Shown here: in pieces, positions 1 through 8,836 of the stretch
Numbering within the stretch: position 1 is the first letter of the stretch
Layout: each line of letters starts with the position of its first letter
NCBI RefSeq assembly: GCF_000017945.1
Contig: NC_009776.1
Coordinates: forward strand, 570,001 to 602,000
DNA from: Ignicoccus hospitalis KIN4/I
Lineage (GTDB): Archaea > Thermoproteota > Thermoprotei_A > Sulfolobales > Ignicoccaceae
Length of the DNA: 32,000 nucleotides
Reading direction: 5' to 3'
Notes under the pieces: generated by a model
The model's input: only the letters and a program-made list of their open reading frames with translations
Database searches by the model: none
What the model was told of the DNA's origin: nothing
Program-made: the position numbers and the translations under genes

Positions 1-240
1 GTGGGCCAACATGACCGGGTGAACTAGCGACTCGTGGTAGATCCACTCGTCGTACTCGCTCGACTGGATCTTCCCGTCTAGTATTAATGCCTTCCCGACG
101 TTGCAGAGCCTCGCAACGACTATCTCTTGGTACTTGCTCTTGCCTACGTACAAAGTCTCCAAGAGGCCGTGGGCGTGCATGGAACACGGCGTTTGGACCT
201 CTAAGAACCAATTAAAGGTCTTCAAGGGAACTCTGTGCAC
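1..240 (-). CDS. speE: Spermidine synthase / aminopropyltransferase, N-terminal part (gene runs off the left edge)
   Basis: Minus-strand translation from 240 reads (GTG)HRVPLKTFNWFLEVQTPCSMHAHGLLETLYVGKSKYQEIVVARLCNVGKALILDGKIQSSEYDEWIYHESLVHPVMLAH and stays open to base 1. This fits the SpeE N-terminal pattern WF.E ... S.YQ.I ... GK.L.LDG..Q.SE.DE.IYHE.LVHP. A GGAGGTGA string lies 6-7 nt upstream of the GTG at 240. The ATG at 180 is an alternative start. The gene is absent from the ORF track because it is truncated by the window edge. Confidence 0.7.
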   Translation of the reverse strand, partial: MHRVPLKTFNWFLEVQTPCSMHAHGLLETLYVGKSKYQEIVVARLCNVGKALILDGKIQSSEYDEWIYHESLVHPVMLAH

Positions 241-263
241 CCTTTTTCACCTCCCTAAGTCTT

Positions 264-1226
264 TTGAAAGCTCCGGAAGTTATCTGGGCTTTGGTGATAG
301 AGATGCTAGAGGAAGTGCCGGTCCACGACCCTGAGGAGCTGAAGAACTTCGTGAGCGCGCTGACTTGTGAAGAAATAAAGGAGTTACTCGAAGAGGCCGA
401 GAGGTACTTCGGACGCGAGGTCGAAATTATGGACTCCGTAGGGGGCGTGCTCTTCCACGGAGACATACACGGAGACGTAGACACCTTGTACAAGATATGG
501 GAGCAAGTAGGCATAGAAAAAGTCTTGGACAAGTTCAAGCTGGTCTTCTTAGGAGACTACGTCGACAGGGGGGAGTACCAGCTGGAGGCTTTAACCTTGG
601 TCTTGGCTTTAAAGGCAATGAGGCCCGAAGAAGTAGTGGTGCTAAGGGGGAACCACGAGCCGCCGGAGTGGCTGCCGCCGTCCCCCCACGACTTCCCGGA
701 CGTGCTGGTCTCCAAGTGTGGTCCGAGCAAGGGAAGCGAAATATATAAGGTAGCCTTACAGCTCTTCGACTCCATGCCGGCGCTGGCGCTAATAGACGAC
801 GTAGTCGCCCTCCACGGAGGGCCCCCTGTCTCAAAGGTAATGGAAGGGTGTGAGGGCGAGGATTGCCTTAAGGAGTTGGACCGCAAGAGCTTGGAGGAGG
901 TGTTGTGGAGCGACCCGGACGAACTGATGGGCGGCAAGCTCTGCTCGTGGGAGGACCCCCCGAAGCTCTGCGTGGGGAGCAACCCGCGCGGCGCCGGGGT
1001 CGTCTGGGGCGCGGGGTTGACCAGAGAGTTCCTAGAGAGGCTCGGCTCGAAGTACATAGTAAGGGGCCACACCGCGGTGGACGGCTTTGCGCTCTCCCAC
1101 AACAATAGAGTGTACACGTTGTTCACGAGGTCCGGGCCTCCCTATTACAACGCGAACGCCGCGGCGTTACTATTAAAGAGAAATAGCTTCAACGTCATAG
1201 TGGTCCCGGCGTTGCCGATTCTTTGA
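264..1226 (+). CDS. PPP-family Ser/Thr protein phosphatase (archaeal PP1-like metallophosphoesterase)
   Basis: The 320-aa ORF has the three PPP signature motifs in order: GDIHGD, GDYVDRG and RGNHE. The start is uncertain: 264 is a TTG, and an in-frame ATG at 303 (MLEEVPV...) is equally plausible. Confidence 0.85.
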   Translation: MKAPEVIWALVIEMLEEVPVHDPEELKNFVSALTCEEIKELLEEAERYFGREVEIMDSVGGVLFHGDIHGDVDTLYKIWEQVGIEKVLDKFKLVFLGDYVDRGEYQLEALTLVLALKAMRPEEVVVLRGNHEPPEWLPPSPHDFPDVLVSKCGPSKGSEIYKVALQLFDSMPALALIDDVVALHGGPPVSKVMEGCEGEDCLKELDRKSLEEVLWSDPDELMGGKLCSWEDPPKLCVGSNPRGAGVVWGAGLTREFLERLGSKYIVRGHTAVDGFALSHNNRVYTLFTRSGPPYYNANAAALLLKRNSFNVIVVPALPIL

Positions 1227-1255
1227 TGAATTGAGCAAAAGAATCCTCAGCATAC

Positions 1256-1262
1256 TATATAA
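1256..1262 (+). promoter_or_regulatory. TATA-like box (TATATAA) upstream of argG
   Basis: TATATAA sits in an AT-rich patch about 35-40 nt upstream of the GTG start at 1297. The spacing is compatible with an archaeal promoter with a short leader. Confidence 0.35.
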
Positions 1263-1296
1263 TCTGCACTAGAAGGTCCTTTATGGGCGCGCGGCT

Positions 1297-2499
1297 GTGA
1301 AGGGAGAAGTGTCTAAGATCGTTCTAGCCTACTCGGGAGGGCTGGACACGTCGGTTGCAGTGGCGTGGCTGAAGGAGAAGTTCGGGGCGGAAGTAATAAC
1401 TGTGACGGTAGATGTCGGACAAAAGGAAGATTTCAAGGAGATAGAGGAGAGGGCTTACAAGGCTGGCGCATCCAAGCATTACCTAATTGATGCTAAAGAA
1501 GAGTTCGTAAACAAGTACATAAAGCCAGCAATAATAGCGAACGCACTCTACGAGGAAGTCTACCCCTTAGGCACCGCGCTCGCCAGGCCCCTCATAGGGG
1601 AGAAGGTAATAGAAGTAGCCAGAAAGGAAGGGGCGGACGCGGTGGCTCACGGGGCCACGAGCAAGGGCAACGACCAAGTGCGGTTTGAAGCGGCCTTCAA
1701 GGCCTTAGCCCCAGAAATAAAGATAATAGCTCCTATAAGGATGTGGGGGATGAACAGAAAGGAAGAATACGAGTTCGCTAAGAAGAAGGGTATCCCGATA
1801 AGTGCTGAGTCCAAGAAATATAGCATAGACGAGAACTTGTGGTCTAGAAGCATAGAGGGTGGCGAGCTGGAGGACCCTTGGCAAGAGCCGCCGGAGGAGG
1901 CCTTCGAGTGGACCGTCCCTCCGGAGAAGGCGCCAGAGGAGCCCGCGTACTTAACGATCACCTTTGAGAAGGGTGTCCCGGTGGCCCTAAACGGCAAGAG
2001 GATGGAATTGATTGAGATAATAGATACCCTCAACAAGTTAGCAGGCCAGCACGGGTACGGACGCGTCGACCACATGGAGAACAGGGTAGTCGGGCTTAAG
2101 AGCAGAGAAGTTTACGAGGCGCCTGCCGCCCTCACTATAATAAATTCTAAGAAGGACTTGGAGAAGCTCGTGCTCAACAAGAGGGAGTACAGAATTAAAA
2201 GGATGCTCGACTCTTACTGGGCGGACCTAGTTTACGACGGACTCTGGTTCGACCCCATAAGGGTGGCCTTGGACAATATGTTGAGCGAACTGAGCGAGAA
2301 CGTTAACGGCGACGTGAAGGTGAAGTTATACAAGGGCTCCTTGCGCGTCGTAGGGAGGAGGAGTCCAAACGCGATCTACGACAAAGCGATAAGCAGCTAC
2401 GAGAGCGAGTGGTTCCCGAGCGACGAGATGGCCAGAGGCTTCATAGACGCTTGGCTTATGGACAGCGTCGTCAGCTTTCGGAAGAGGTACTTGAAGTGA
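1297..2499 (+). CDS. argG: Argininosuccinate synthase
   Basis: The 400-aa ORF has the N-type ATP-PPase motif [12 protein letters not shown], followed by [14 protein letters not shown] and [18 protein letters not shown], all typical of ArgG. The start is GTG. Confidence 0.95.
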
Positions 2500-3244
2500 G
2501 GTACTTCTTAACTGGGACCTCGAAGGGGGGCTTCTCTACCTTAACTTCCTTAACGTCTCCGAATCCCAAGCTTACGTTCGAGCCTAACCCGAAGTAGTGG
2601 GAGTACTTGAGTGCCCACAGTAGTTTAAGCGCCAAGTCCTCCTCCATAATGCCGTAATAACTCACGCGCCCGAAGAAGGCCGGGAGCTCGTCGCCCTTGT
2701 GAATTTTGAACGTAGAGAATCGGGGGCGTCCGCCAACTACCTCTACCTTGGAGGAGATAGAATCTGCGTACCCCTTTAGGTCCGTACCCGTAACTTCGCT
2801 CATCCTCTTGAACAGCGAGTAAACCGCGCGGGGAGCGGAGGGCAAGGGCACCCACGCGCCGTGGAAGCGGTAGAGCGTGGGGCCGTGAGTTACCCTGAAG
2901 AAGACCGCGACCGGTTCATCTCCTCCCTTCGGAGGACTTTCCACTTCAACGGTCTTCACGTCCACCTTTATGGGCAAGACGTATTCCACGTTCAACAGCC
3001 CCTCCGCCAGCTTAGCGGGGGCGCTCGCGACCTCTCCCCAAAAGTTCACTTTGAAGGACACCTCCGTCCCCGGCTTGACCTCCGTACTCAGCTTTTCCGG
3101 AGGCACGACGTGGAAGGGGAAGTCCGGGTCCACGTCAACGCTCTTGAATGCGTCGAAAACCACTTTCGCCGCGAACACGCCCTTCCAGACTCTAATCTTC
3201 TTCAGCTCCGTTATTTGTAGGACGACGTCAACGCTTGTTATCAT
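2471..3244 (-). CDS. cas6: Cas6-family RAMP protein (CRISPR pre-crRNA endoribonuclease-like), orphan
   Basis: The C-terminal glycine-rich loop [15 protein letters not shown] matches the Cas6 G.G.....GFG signature. Upstream elements are also Cas6-like: THGPTLYRF...[18 protein letters not shown] and FFGRVSYYG. The size (about 257 aa from the ATG at 3244, [11 protein letters not shown]...) is typical. The ORF-track start at 3283 adds 13 non-conserved residues. The 3-prime end overlaps argG convergently by 29 nt. Confidence 0.65.
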
Positions 3245-3344
3245 TGCGCCTCCCCTCGCGCTCGTGCGCGCTGATTCATACACTTTGTTGAGAGCTCGCA
3301 GTAAGGCTCATAGGTCCTTCCGGAGCAGCCGCGAAGGGAAGTTC

Positions 3345-4457
3345 GTGTTCAATGCGAACGACTTTATTAAGAAGAAGATAGAAGAGATAAGGGAACTGGT
3401 CGGGAAGGAAAAGGTTTTAGCGGCCGTCAGCGGGGGCGTGGACTCCACCACGGCCGCTGCCCTCGCCTACAAGGCCTTGGGGCCGGAGCAGATAAAAGTG
3501 ATATTCATTGACACGGGCTTCATGCGTAAGGGCGAGCCCGAGTGGGTCAAGAACGTCCTTAGAGACGTCATGCCGGTGGAAATAGTGGACGCCAAAGAGC
3601 GCTTCTTCAACGCCGTCAAGGGCTTGAGTGACGCCGAGGAAAAGAGGAAAGCATTCAGAGAGGTGTTTTACCAAGTAGTCTCGGAGGAGGCCAAGAAGTG
3701 GGGGGCGAGCTGGTTAGTCCAAGGGACCACCGCCCCAGACTGGATAGAAACCACTGGGGGGATCAAAACGCAACACAACGTCTTGGAACAGCTCGGAATA
3801 AACGTCAGGGAGAAGTGGGGCTTCAAGCTGCTGGAGCCTTTGGTGGAGCTCTACAAAGACGAGGTGAGGGCGGTCGCTAGGGCCTTGGGGCTCCCGGAGG
3901 AGATAGCCTCCCGCCAACCCTTCCCGGGCCCGGGCTTGCTTGTGAGGATACCAGGCCTCGTTACCGAGGAGAAGCTAGAACTGCTCAAAGAAGTTACCGA
4001 AGTGGTGGAGAAAGAGCTGGAGAGGTTCAAGCCCAGCCAGTACTTCGCGGCCATATGGGAGGACCGGCTCGGGCCGAAGGTGTCCGAGAGCCCCGAGGCC
4101 TACTTGTTCGAGGGGGTGAGGGCCACCGGGGTCAAAGGGGACATTCGCGCCTACGGCCCGGTGGCCCTACTCAAGGCCTTCGACTGGGAACGAGTGTACG
4201 ACTACTGGAAGGAGATAATTCACAAGAACAACGAAGTGACGCACGTAGTGGCGGAAGTGGGCGAGCGCGAGGAAGGGGAGTACACGATATCTATAAGGGC
4301 CGTCTTGACGGACAACTTCATGACTGCCGACGTGCTCAAGCTGGATAGGGGAACGCTGGAGGAGATAGCTAAGAAGGTAATGAAAGTTAGTCCCAAGATC
4401 AAGAGAGTGGTCTACGACGTGACCCCCAAGCCGCCCGCGACCATAGAGTACGAGTGA
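3345..4457 (+). CDS. guaA: GMP synthase, ATP pyrophosphatase (subunit B-type) protein
   Basis: Contains the PP-loop VLAAVSGGVDSTTAA. The dimerisation domain ends in KPPATIEYE, matching the canonical PPATIEWE end of GuaA. The ORF-track N-terminus (2970-3344) is antisense read-through of the cas6-like gene. The in-frame GTG at 3345 (MFNANDFIKKKIEEIREL...) is the sensible start. Confidence 0.9.
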   Translation: MFNANDFIKKKIEEIRELVGKEKVLAAVSGGVDSTTAAALAYKALGPEQIKVIFIDTGFMRKGEPEWVKNVLRDVMPVEIVDAKERFFNAVKGLSDAEEKRKAFREVFYQVVSEEAKKWGASWLVQGTTAPDWIETTGGIKTQHNVLEQLGINVREKWGFKLLEPLVELYKDEVRAVARALGLPEEIASRQPFPGPGLLVRIPGLVTEEKLELLKEVTEVVEKELERFKPSQYFAAIWEDRLGPKVSESPEAYLFEGVRATGVKGDIRAYGPVALLKAFDWERVYDYWKEIIHKNNEVTHVVAEVGEREEGEYTISIRAVLTDNFMTADVLKLDRGTLEEIAKKVMKVSPKIKRVVYDVTPKPPATIEYE

Positions 4458-4620
4458 AGGGCTCGCCCGCGTTAGCTGCGTTCACCGGCCTCACCACACA
4501 CCACCTCGCTCATCGCCTCGGCAATCAACACCCTCTTCATCACTTCGGATGATAGGGGGCGACACTCCTCATCAGCGCGCTTTTTCTCTCCCAGCTGTTT
4601 AAAAAAGTCGGGTAAACTCG

Positions 4621-5463
4621 GTGACCGAAATTACCCTGATAAATTGCGCGAACGCCAAGACCGTTCACGTACGAAAGGGGAGGATAGAGGAGGGAGAGGG
4701 CGGGGAGCTGTTCGACTGTAAGGGCATGCCGGTCAAGACGCTTAGGTGCACCGTGGCGCTCAAGCCCTTCAAGCGGTGGGAGGAGCTCCTAGAGGACCCC
4801 GTCCCGGAGCCGGAGTGGGTCGACTCCCTCCTAGTAAAAGGGGTGGGCGCGGCGATAGCCCCCAAAGGGACGAGGGCGGCTCTAGTAGAAGTAGTGGAGA
4901 GGCCGTTCGTCTTGGACCCCCTAGCCCCCCCGGAGGAGGTGCCGGAGAGGGGGGCCGTGGTGGCCAGAAGCTTGGACGCCGACTCCTCTTACGGCTACAA
5001 GCTAAAGTACGGCAAGTGGCCGGTTGAGGACTTGGGCGACAAGGCGTCGAACAACATAATACTCAACCCCTTTTGGGTGACCACGTGGGAAATAAAGAAG
5101 ATCAAGATAGCCTCGTTTATGCCGGAAATGGTTGCACTGGGAACCTCCAGCCCGATTCCGCCGGAGCTGCGGAAAGCCGTGTTGAGCCCCCTCACCGGGC
5201 GCTGGGGCCCCGACGCCTTGGAAGCTGTGGCGACCCTCTTGATGAGGTCTCATTACTGGAGCGGGGAGCTGAGGGCCCAACACGACGACGCCTCGTGCTG
5301 GAGCTTCTTGGGCAAAGAGGGGCCGAGGCTTGCGAAGGGGTCCAAGGCTATGTTGTGGGTGGGCCACGAGGAGGCGGAGCTCGTGGTAACGGGCGATCAA
5401 GTCCTATTTAGGGAAGAGTTGCTAGAACTAAAAAGCGTGTCAGCCCCTTCACCACTCCTCTAG
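4621..5463 (+). CDS. Hypothetical protein (280 aa), no recognisable motif
   Basis: A long ORF with protein-like composition that fills an otherwise empty interval. A TTTAAAAAA box at 4598-4606 lies just upstream of the GTG start, suggesting a leaderless-type arrangement. I recognised no family signature. Confidence 0.5.
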   Translation: MTEITLINCANAKTVHVRKGRIEEGEGGELFDCKGMPVKTLRCTVALKPFKRWEELLEDPVPEPEWVDSLLVKGVGAAIAPKGTRAALVEVVERPFVLDPLAPPEEVPERGAVVARSLDADSSYGYKLKYGKWPVEDLGDKASNNIILNPFWVTTWEIKKIKIASFMPEMVALGTSSPIPPELRKAVLSPLTGRWGPDALEAVATLLMRSHYWSGELRAQHDDASCWSFLGKEGPRLAKGSKAMLWVGHEEAELVVTGDQVLFREELLELKSVSAPSPLL

Positions 5464-6690
5464 GGCTCCCCCGCCCTTCCTCCTCTCTCCCCTGCGCAGT
5501 GTTACTGCCATAACTACGACGCCTACTATTATGCCGAGCACCAAGGCACCTCCTAAGGTTGCTGTATCAATCACCTTTTTCACGCTCGTAACAGTAGTGG
5601 TTAGAGTTTTGCTTACGGTAGTCGTTATGGTACTCACGATTTCGCTAGTCACGGTGGTCGTTGTAGTATAGGTAGTAGTAACGTTCCTTAAGACGGTTGT
5701 CGTGAGCGTCAAGAAGGAGGTCAGAGTACCGTATATCGTCGTAGTCGCCGTCTCCACTACTGTAACGTTGCTTACTACGGTTTTCTTCAAAGTCACGGTA
5801 GTGGTAGTTGTAACCGTGGAGGTTGTAGTGTAGGTAATTGGTGACGTAACTATTATGGTCACGTTGTTAGTCACGGTCTTGAACTCGGTTAGGGTCGTAG
5901 TAGTAGTGACGGTCACGGTTAGGGGCTCGTAGGGGTACTTCGCGGGCTCCTCCTTGGCCAAGTACTTTATCACGTTAAACATGAGCTTTTGAACGTTGGG
6001 GTTGCTCGCTATGTCCCTAAATATCCCGTTCCAAGATAGTATGATCATCTCGTCGGACACTTTACTAGTCCTTATAACTATACAGTACCTGTTGCCCGAG
6101 GCGACGCTCTCGGGCGCTATCAAGTCGGGCACCAAAGGGACCATACAGCAAGAGGAGGGCAAGGCGCTCACGTTAGAGTATATAGGGTGCGCGCTGGCGG
6201 GCCTCAAGGGCCTCACTCCCTCAGCGCAAGAGGGGGCCGCCACCAGCCGACCGCTCACGTTCTTGGGGACCGTAGGTATTATCAAGCCGAGCTTGTACAA
6301 CACGAGCTGCCCTAAGGTGCTCTTAGGCCCGACGACCAGCGCGACCCTAATCCTGTCTTTTATAGCGGGCAATATCACGTTGTTTACATAAGCGTTCGCT
6401 AACTCTTTGTCCCTAGTTATGTTCCCAGTTGAAGCGTCGTTGTCGAAAACCAACAGTATCCCGGAGAACGCCCTCGGGTTGGGCGGGCTGGTGAGGCCGG
6501 TACCCACGGACCAGTCGGAAGGGTTGGGCAAGTAGTTCAACGCTTCCGGCCATGCCCTTACGAAGCTTAGGAGCGCGACGTAGGCCTCGGAGCCCTCCGG
6601 GTAGGGGGAGCTAGTAACTATCCTCACGTCCACCTTGGCCGCGGAGACCAAAGCCGCCGTCAGCACTAGGAGCGCCGCGAGCTTCCTCAT
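5449..6690 (-). CDS. Secreted, membrane-anchored surface protein with Thr/Val-rich stalk
   Basis: N-terminal signal peptide MRKLAALLVLTAALVSAAKV. A globular domain of about 250 aa follows, then a Thr/Val low-complexity region of about 130 aa containing three NVT sequons. The C-terminal TM segment LGGALVLGIIVGVVVMAV is followed by a basic tail RRGERRK. Confidence 0.75.
   Translation of the reverse strand: MRKLAALLVLTAALVSAAKVDVRIVTSSPYPEGSEAYVALLSFVRAWPEALNYLPNPSDWSVGTGLTSPPNPRAFSGILLVFDNDASTGNITRDKELANAYVNNVILPAIKDRIRVALVVGPKSTLGQLVLYKLGLIIPTVPKNVSGRLVAAPSCAEGVRPLRPASAHPIYSNVSALPSSCCMVPLVPDLIAPESVASGNRYCIVIRTSKVSDEMIILSWNGIFRDIASNPNVQKLMFNVIKYLAKEEPAKYPYEPLTVTVTTTTTLTEFKTVTNNVTIIVTSPITYTTTSTVTTTTTVTLKKTVVSNVTVVETATTTIYGTLTSFLTLTTTVLRNVTTTYTTTTTVTSEIVSTITTTVSKTLTTTVTSVKKVIDTATLGGALVLGIIVGVVVMAVTLRRGERRKGGGALEEW
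5535..5920 (-). repeat. Low-complexity Thr/Val-coding repeat region inside the surface-protein gene
   Basis: The DNA is dominated by reiterated acg/act/acc/gtn codons (plus strand: ggt/agt/cgt/nac runs). These encode TVTVTTTTT..., TYTTTSTVTTTTTVT..., TTTYTTTTTVT... Coordinates are approximate. Confidence 0.7.
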
Positions 6691-6871
6691 AGAGTACTAC
6701 CCCGGTGAGACTAGGGTGGGCGGACTTTAAGGAGGAGTTGGCGTCGCCTTCGCTCCACCGAACCCATCATCGCCGGGAGCCAGCTCAGATCGTCCCTGCC
6801 CGCTCACGCGCGCGACGACTTCCCCGGGCGTCGTAATAACGTTCGGCGCGGCCGCATGGGGGGACGCGCTC

Positions 6872-7870
6872 TTGGAATGTCCTTTGCGCGGAAAGAAGGT
6901 GTTAGTGGTGGGGATAGGCGGCGGGGGCGACGTTGCCGCCGCCTACTGCGTCAGCAAGTGGGTCGAGAGCGTCGGGGGGAAGGCAATCTTAGGCAGCGTA
7001 GTGTGGGAGCGCTTGGTCAGAGACCCCCTACCGGGCCCCTTGCCCTTGAGGGAGTTGAACAACGCCGAGGCCGTTGGGGATCACTTGTGGGTGGCGGACG
7101 GCGACGAGTACGCGATAAGAGGGGGAGTGAGGGTGGTCCCTCAAGCCTCCATATTAGCCAGGGTTACTGGGAAGCGAGTTTACTTGTTCGACTTGAACGG
7201 CGGCGCTGAAGGGATTAAGCGAGGGCTAAAGGAGGCGATAGAGCTGGCGGGGGCGGACTTGCTCATAGCCGTGGACGCCGGAGGGGACGTCCTAGCCCGC
7301 CCTGAGGACGAAGAGGTCTGGAGCCCCCTGGCCGATTCTATATGCTTGGCCGCCGTTAAGGAAATTGAGATAGAGAGCTGGGTCGCCGTCTTCGGTCCCG
7401 GGTGCGACGGCGAGCTGCCTCCCCAGAAGGTCCTCGAGAGGGTGTCCGAAGCTTGGAGGAGGGGCGGCAACAAGGGAGGCTTCGTCTTATCCAAGGACGA
7501 CGCAGAGGACTGCTTGAAGGTAGTTAACGAGATGCACACCGAGGCTTCCAAGATGGGTATACTGGCGGCCTTGGGGGAGTTCGGGGAGAAGAAGATACGT
7601 AGAGGTTCGAGGACTCTGTTCCTAAGCCCTCTGACGGCTACTACCTTCTTCTTGGATTCTAACTCAATAGACAGTGTTATGGCCGAGGCTGTGAGAGGGA
7701 GTGTCGATATCGAGGAGGCGAACCAGGCGTTGAGGGCGCTGGGGGTCTACACGGAGCTGGACTTGGAGAGGGACGTAGTGGCTAAGGGAGGCTTGGACAA
7801 GGTCGACCTAGAGAAGGTTAGGGAGGAGGGTAGGAAGAGGCTCAAGACCTCGCCAGCTCGAGGCCTCTGA
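6872..7870 (+). CDS. Conserved archaeal protein, DUF1152-like
   Basis: The N-terminal VLVVGIGGGGDV and the later DAGGDVLA motif recall the archaeal DUF1152 family. This is recollection, not a search result. The start is a TTG at 6872, with the internal GTG (MLVVGIGGGGD) as an alternative. The 3-prime end overlaps nadA convergently by 29 nt. Confidence 0.6.
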   Translation: MECPLRGKKVLVVGIGGGGDVAAAYCVSKWVESVGGKAILGSVVWERLVRDPLPGPLPLRELNNAEAVGDHLWVADGDEYAIRGGVRVVPQASILARVTGKRVYLFDLNGGAEGIKRGLKEAIELAGADLLIAVDAGGDVLARPEDEEVWSPLADSICLAAVKEIEIESWVAVFGPGCDGELPPQKVLERVSEAWRRGGNKGGFVLSKDDAEDCLKVVNEMHTEASKMGILAALGEFGEKKIRRGSRTLFLSPLTATTFFLDSNSIDSVMAEAVRGSVDIEEANQALRALGVYTELDLERDVVAKGGLDKVDLEKVREEGRKRLKTSPARGL

Positions 7871-8762
7871 CCACCGCCTCCCTAGCCCTCTTGGCAACCT
7901 CCTCGTCCAAGACCACTTGGGGCTTCAGCGTCTCCAACGCCCTAACTATCTTGTCTAGAGTTATCTTCTTCATATCTATGCATATAGTGCGGGCGTCGGG
8001 AGGGTATACCTCCACGTGGGGGTACATCTTTTTCGCCCTGTAACTCAAGCCCTCTTCCGTCCCCAGTATGTAACACTTAGCGCCGAGCTCCCCTATAGCT
8101 CTCAGCATCTGACTCGTGCTTCCCACGAAGTCAGCCATCTTCTGGCTCTCCCACGGCGCCTCGGGGTGGACCAAGAGCTTGCAATGGGGGTGCCTCTCCT
8201 TTGCCTTCCTCAAGTAGTACGGGGAGACCAAGAACTCGTGGACCGGGCAGTGGCCCCAAGGGGGCACTGCTATTATGTCCTTATTCGTTCTGTGGGCAAC
8301 GAACTTGGCTAAGTTCTTGTCGGGCCCGAACAAAACTACCTCGTCCTCTAGCTTGGAGACCACTTTGACCGCCGACGCGCTGGTGACTACGTAGTCGCTC
8401 AAGGCTTTCGCTTCTACGCTGGAATTGACGTAAGTTACCAGCGGCGCGTGCGGGTAGTTCTCTCTGAACCGCTTGATTATCTCCGGCGTCATGTGGTCCG
8501 CCAGAGGACACCCGGCCCGAGGCTCGGGGTGCAGGACTACTCTGTCGGGGTTTAGAAGCTTCGCTACCTCGGCCATGAACCTGACCCCAGCAACTACTAT
8601 GACGTCCGCGTCGACCTCCTCGGCCTTCATAGCCATTTCTAGGCTGTCCCCAACGAAGTCCGCTACCTCTTGAACTTCCGGGAGCTGGTAGTTGTGCGCT
8701 ATGATGAAAGCCCTGCGCCGCCTCTTCAGTTCCTCAACCTTTCTCATCAGTTCGTCAATCAT
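7842..8762 (-). CDS. nadA: Quinolinate synthase A
   Basis: A 306-aa ORF with IIAHNYQLPEVQEVADFVGDSLEMA. Conserved Cys residues (GCPLADHM, HCPVHEF, ICIDMKK) are spaced as in the NadA Fe-S ligands. Confidence 0.93.
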   Translation of the reverse strand: MIDELMRKVEELKRRRRAFIIAHNYQLPEVQEVADFVGDSLEMAMKAEEVDADVIVVAGVRFMAEVAKLLNPDRVVLHPEPRAGCPLADHMTPEIIKRFRENYPHAPLVTYVNSSVEAKALSDYVVTSASAVKVVSKLEDEVVLFGPDKNLAKFVAHRTNKDIIAVPPWGHCPVHEFLVSPYYLRKAKERHPHCKLLVHPEAPWESQKMADFVGSTSQMLRAIGELGAKCYILGTEEGLSYRAKKMYPHVEVYPPDARTICIDMKKITLDKIVRALETLKPQVVLDEEVAKRAREAVVRGLELARS

Positions 8763-8785
8763 CTAGCAGACCCAAGCACCCGCAC

Positions 8786-8805
8786 GGTTTAATTTCTTTA
8801 AAACC
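8786..8805. promoter_or_regulatory. Back-to-back TATA-like boxes in the nadA / Roadblock-gene divergent spacer
   Basis: GGTTTAATTTCTTTAAAACC is the only AT-rich stretch in the 74-nt spacer. TTTAAAA lies about 35 nt upstream of 8837 (plus strand). AAATTAAA (minus-strand reading) lies about 30 nt upstream of 8762. Confidence 0.4.
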
Positions 8806-8836
8806 TTCAGCCTAAAGGCTACCACGGTAGACAGTT

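Noticed and set aside
535-1126. Minus-strand ORFs of 189 aa and 99 aa, and the plus-strand ORFs 497-748 and 905-1108
   Set aside because: They overlap the well-supported PPP phosphatase gene in other frames and are Ser/Pro/Arg/Gly-rich, so they are shadow ORFs.
2970-3344. N-terminal 125 codons of the 495-aa ORF-track entry that contains guaA
   Set aside because: This part is the antisense frame of the cas6-like gene. It is Ser/Thr/Leu-rich with no GuaA similarity. The conserved GuaA sequence begins right after the in-frame GTG at 3345.
4500-4580. C/D-box sRNA on the minus strand (CUGAUGA at about 4575 and GUGAUGA at about 4543)
   Set aside because: No CUGA D or D-prime boxes lie at the required roughly 12-nt guide spacing, and there is no terminal stem.
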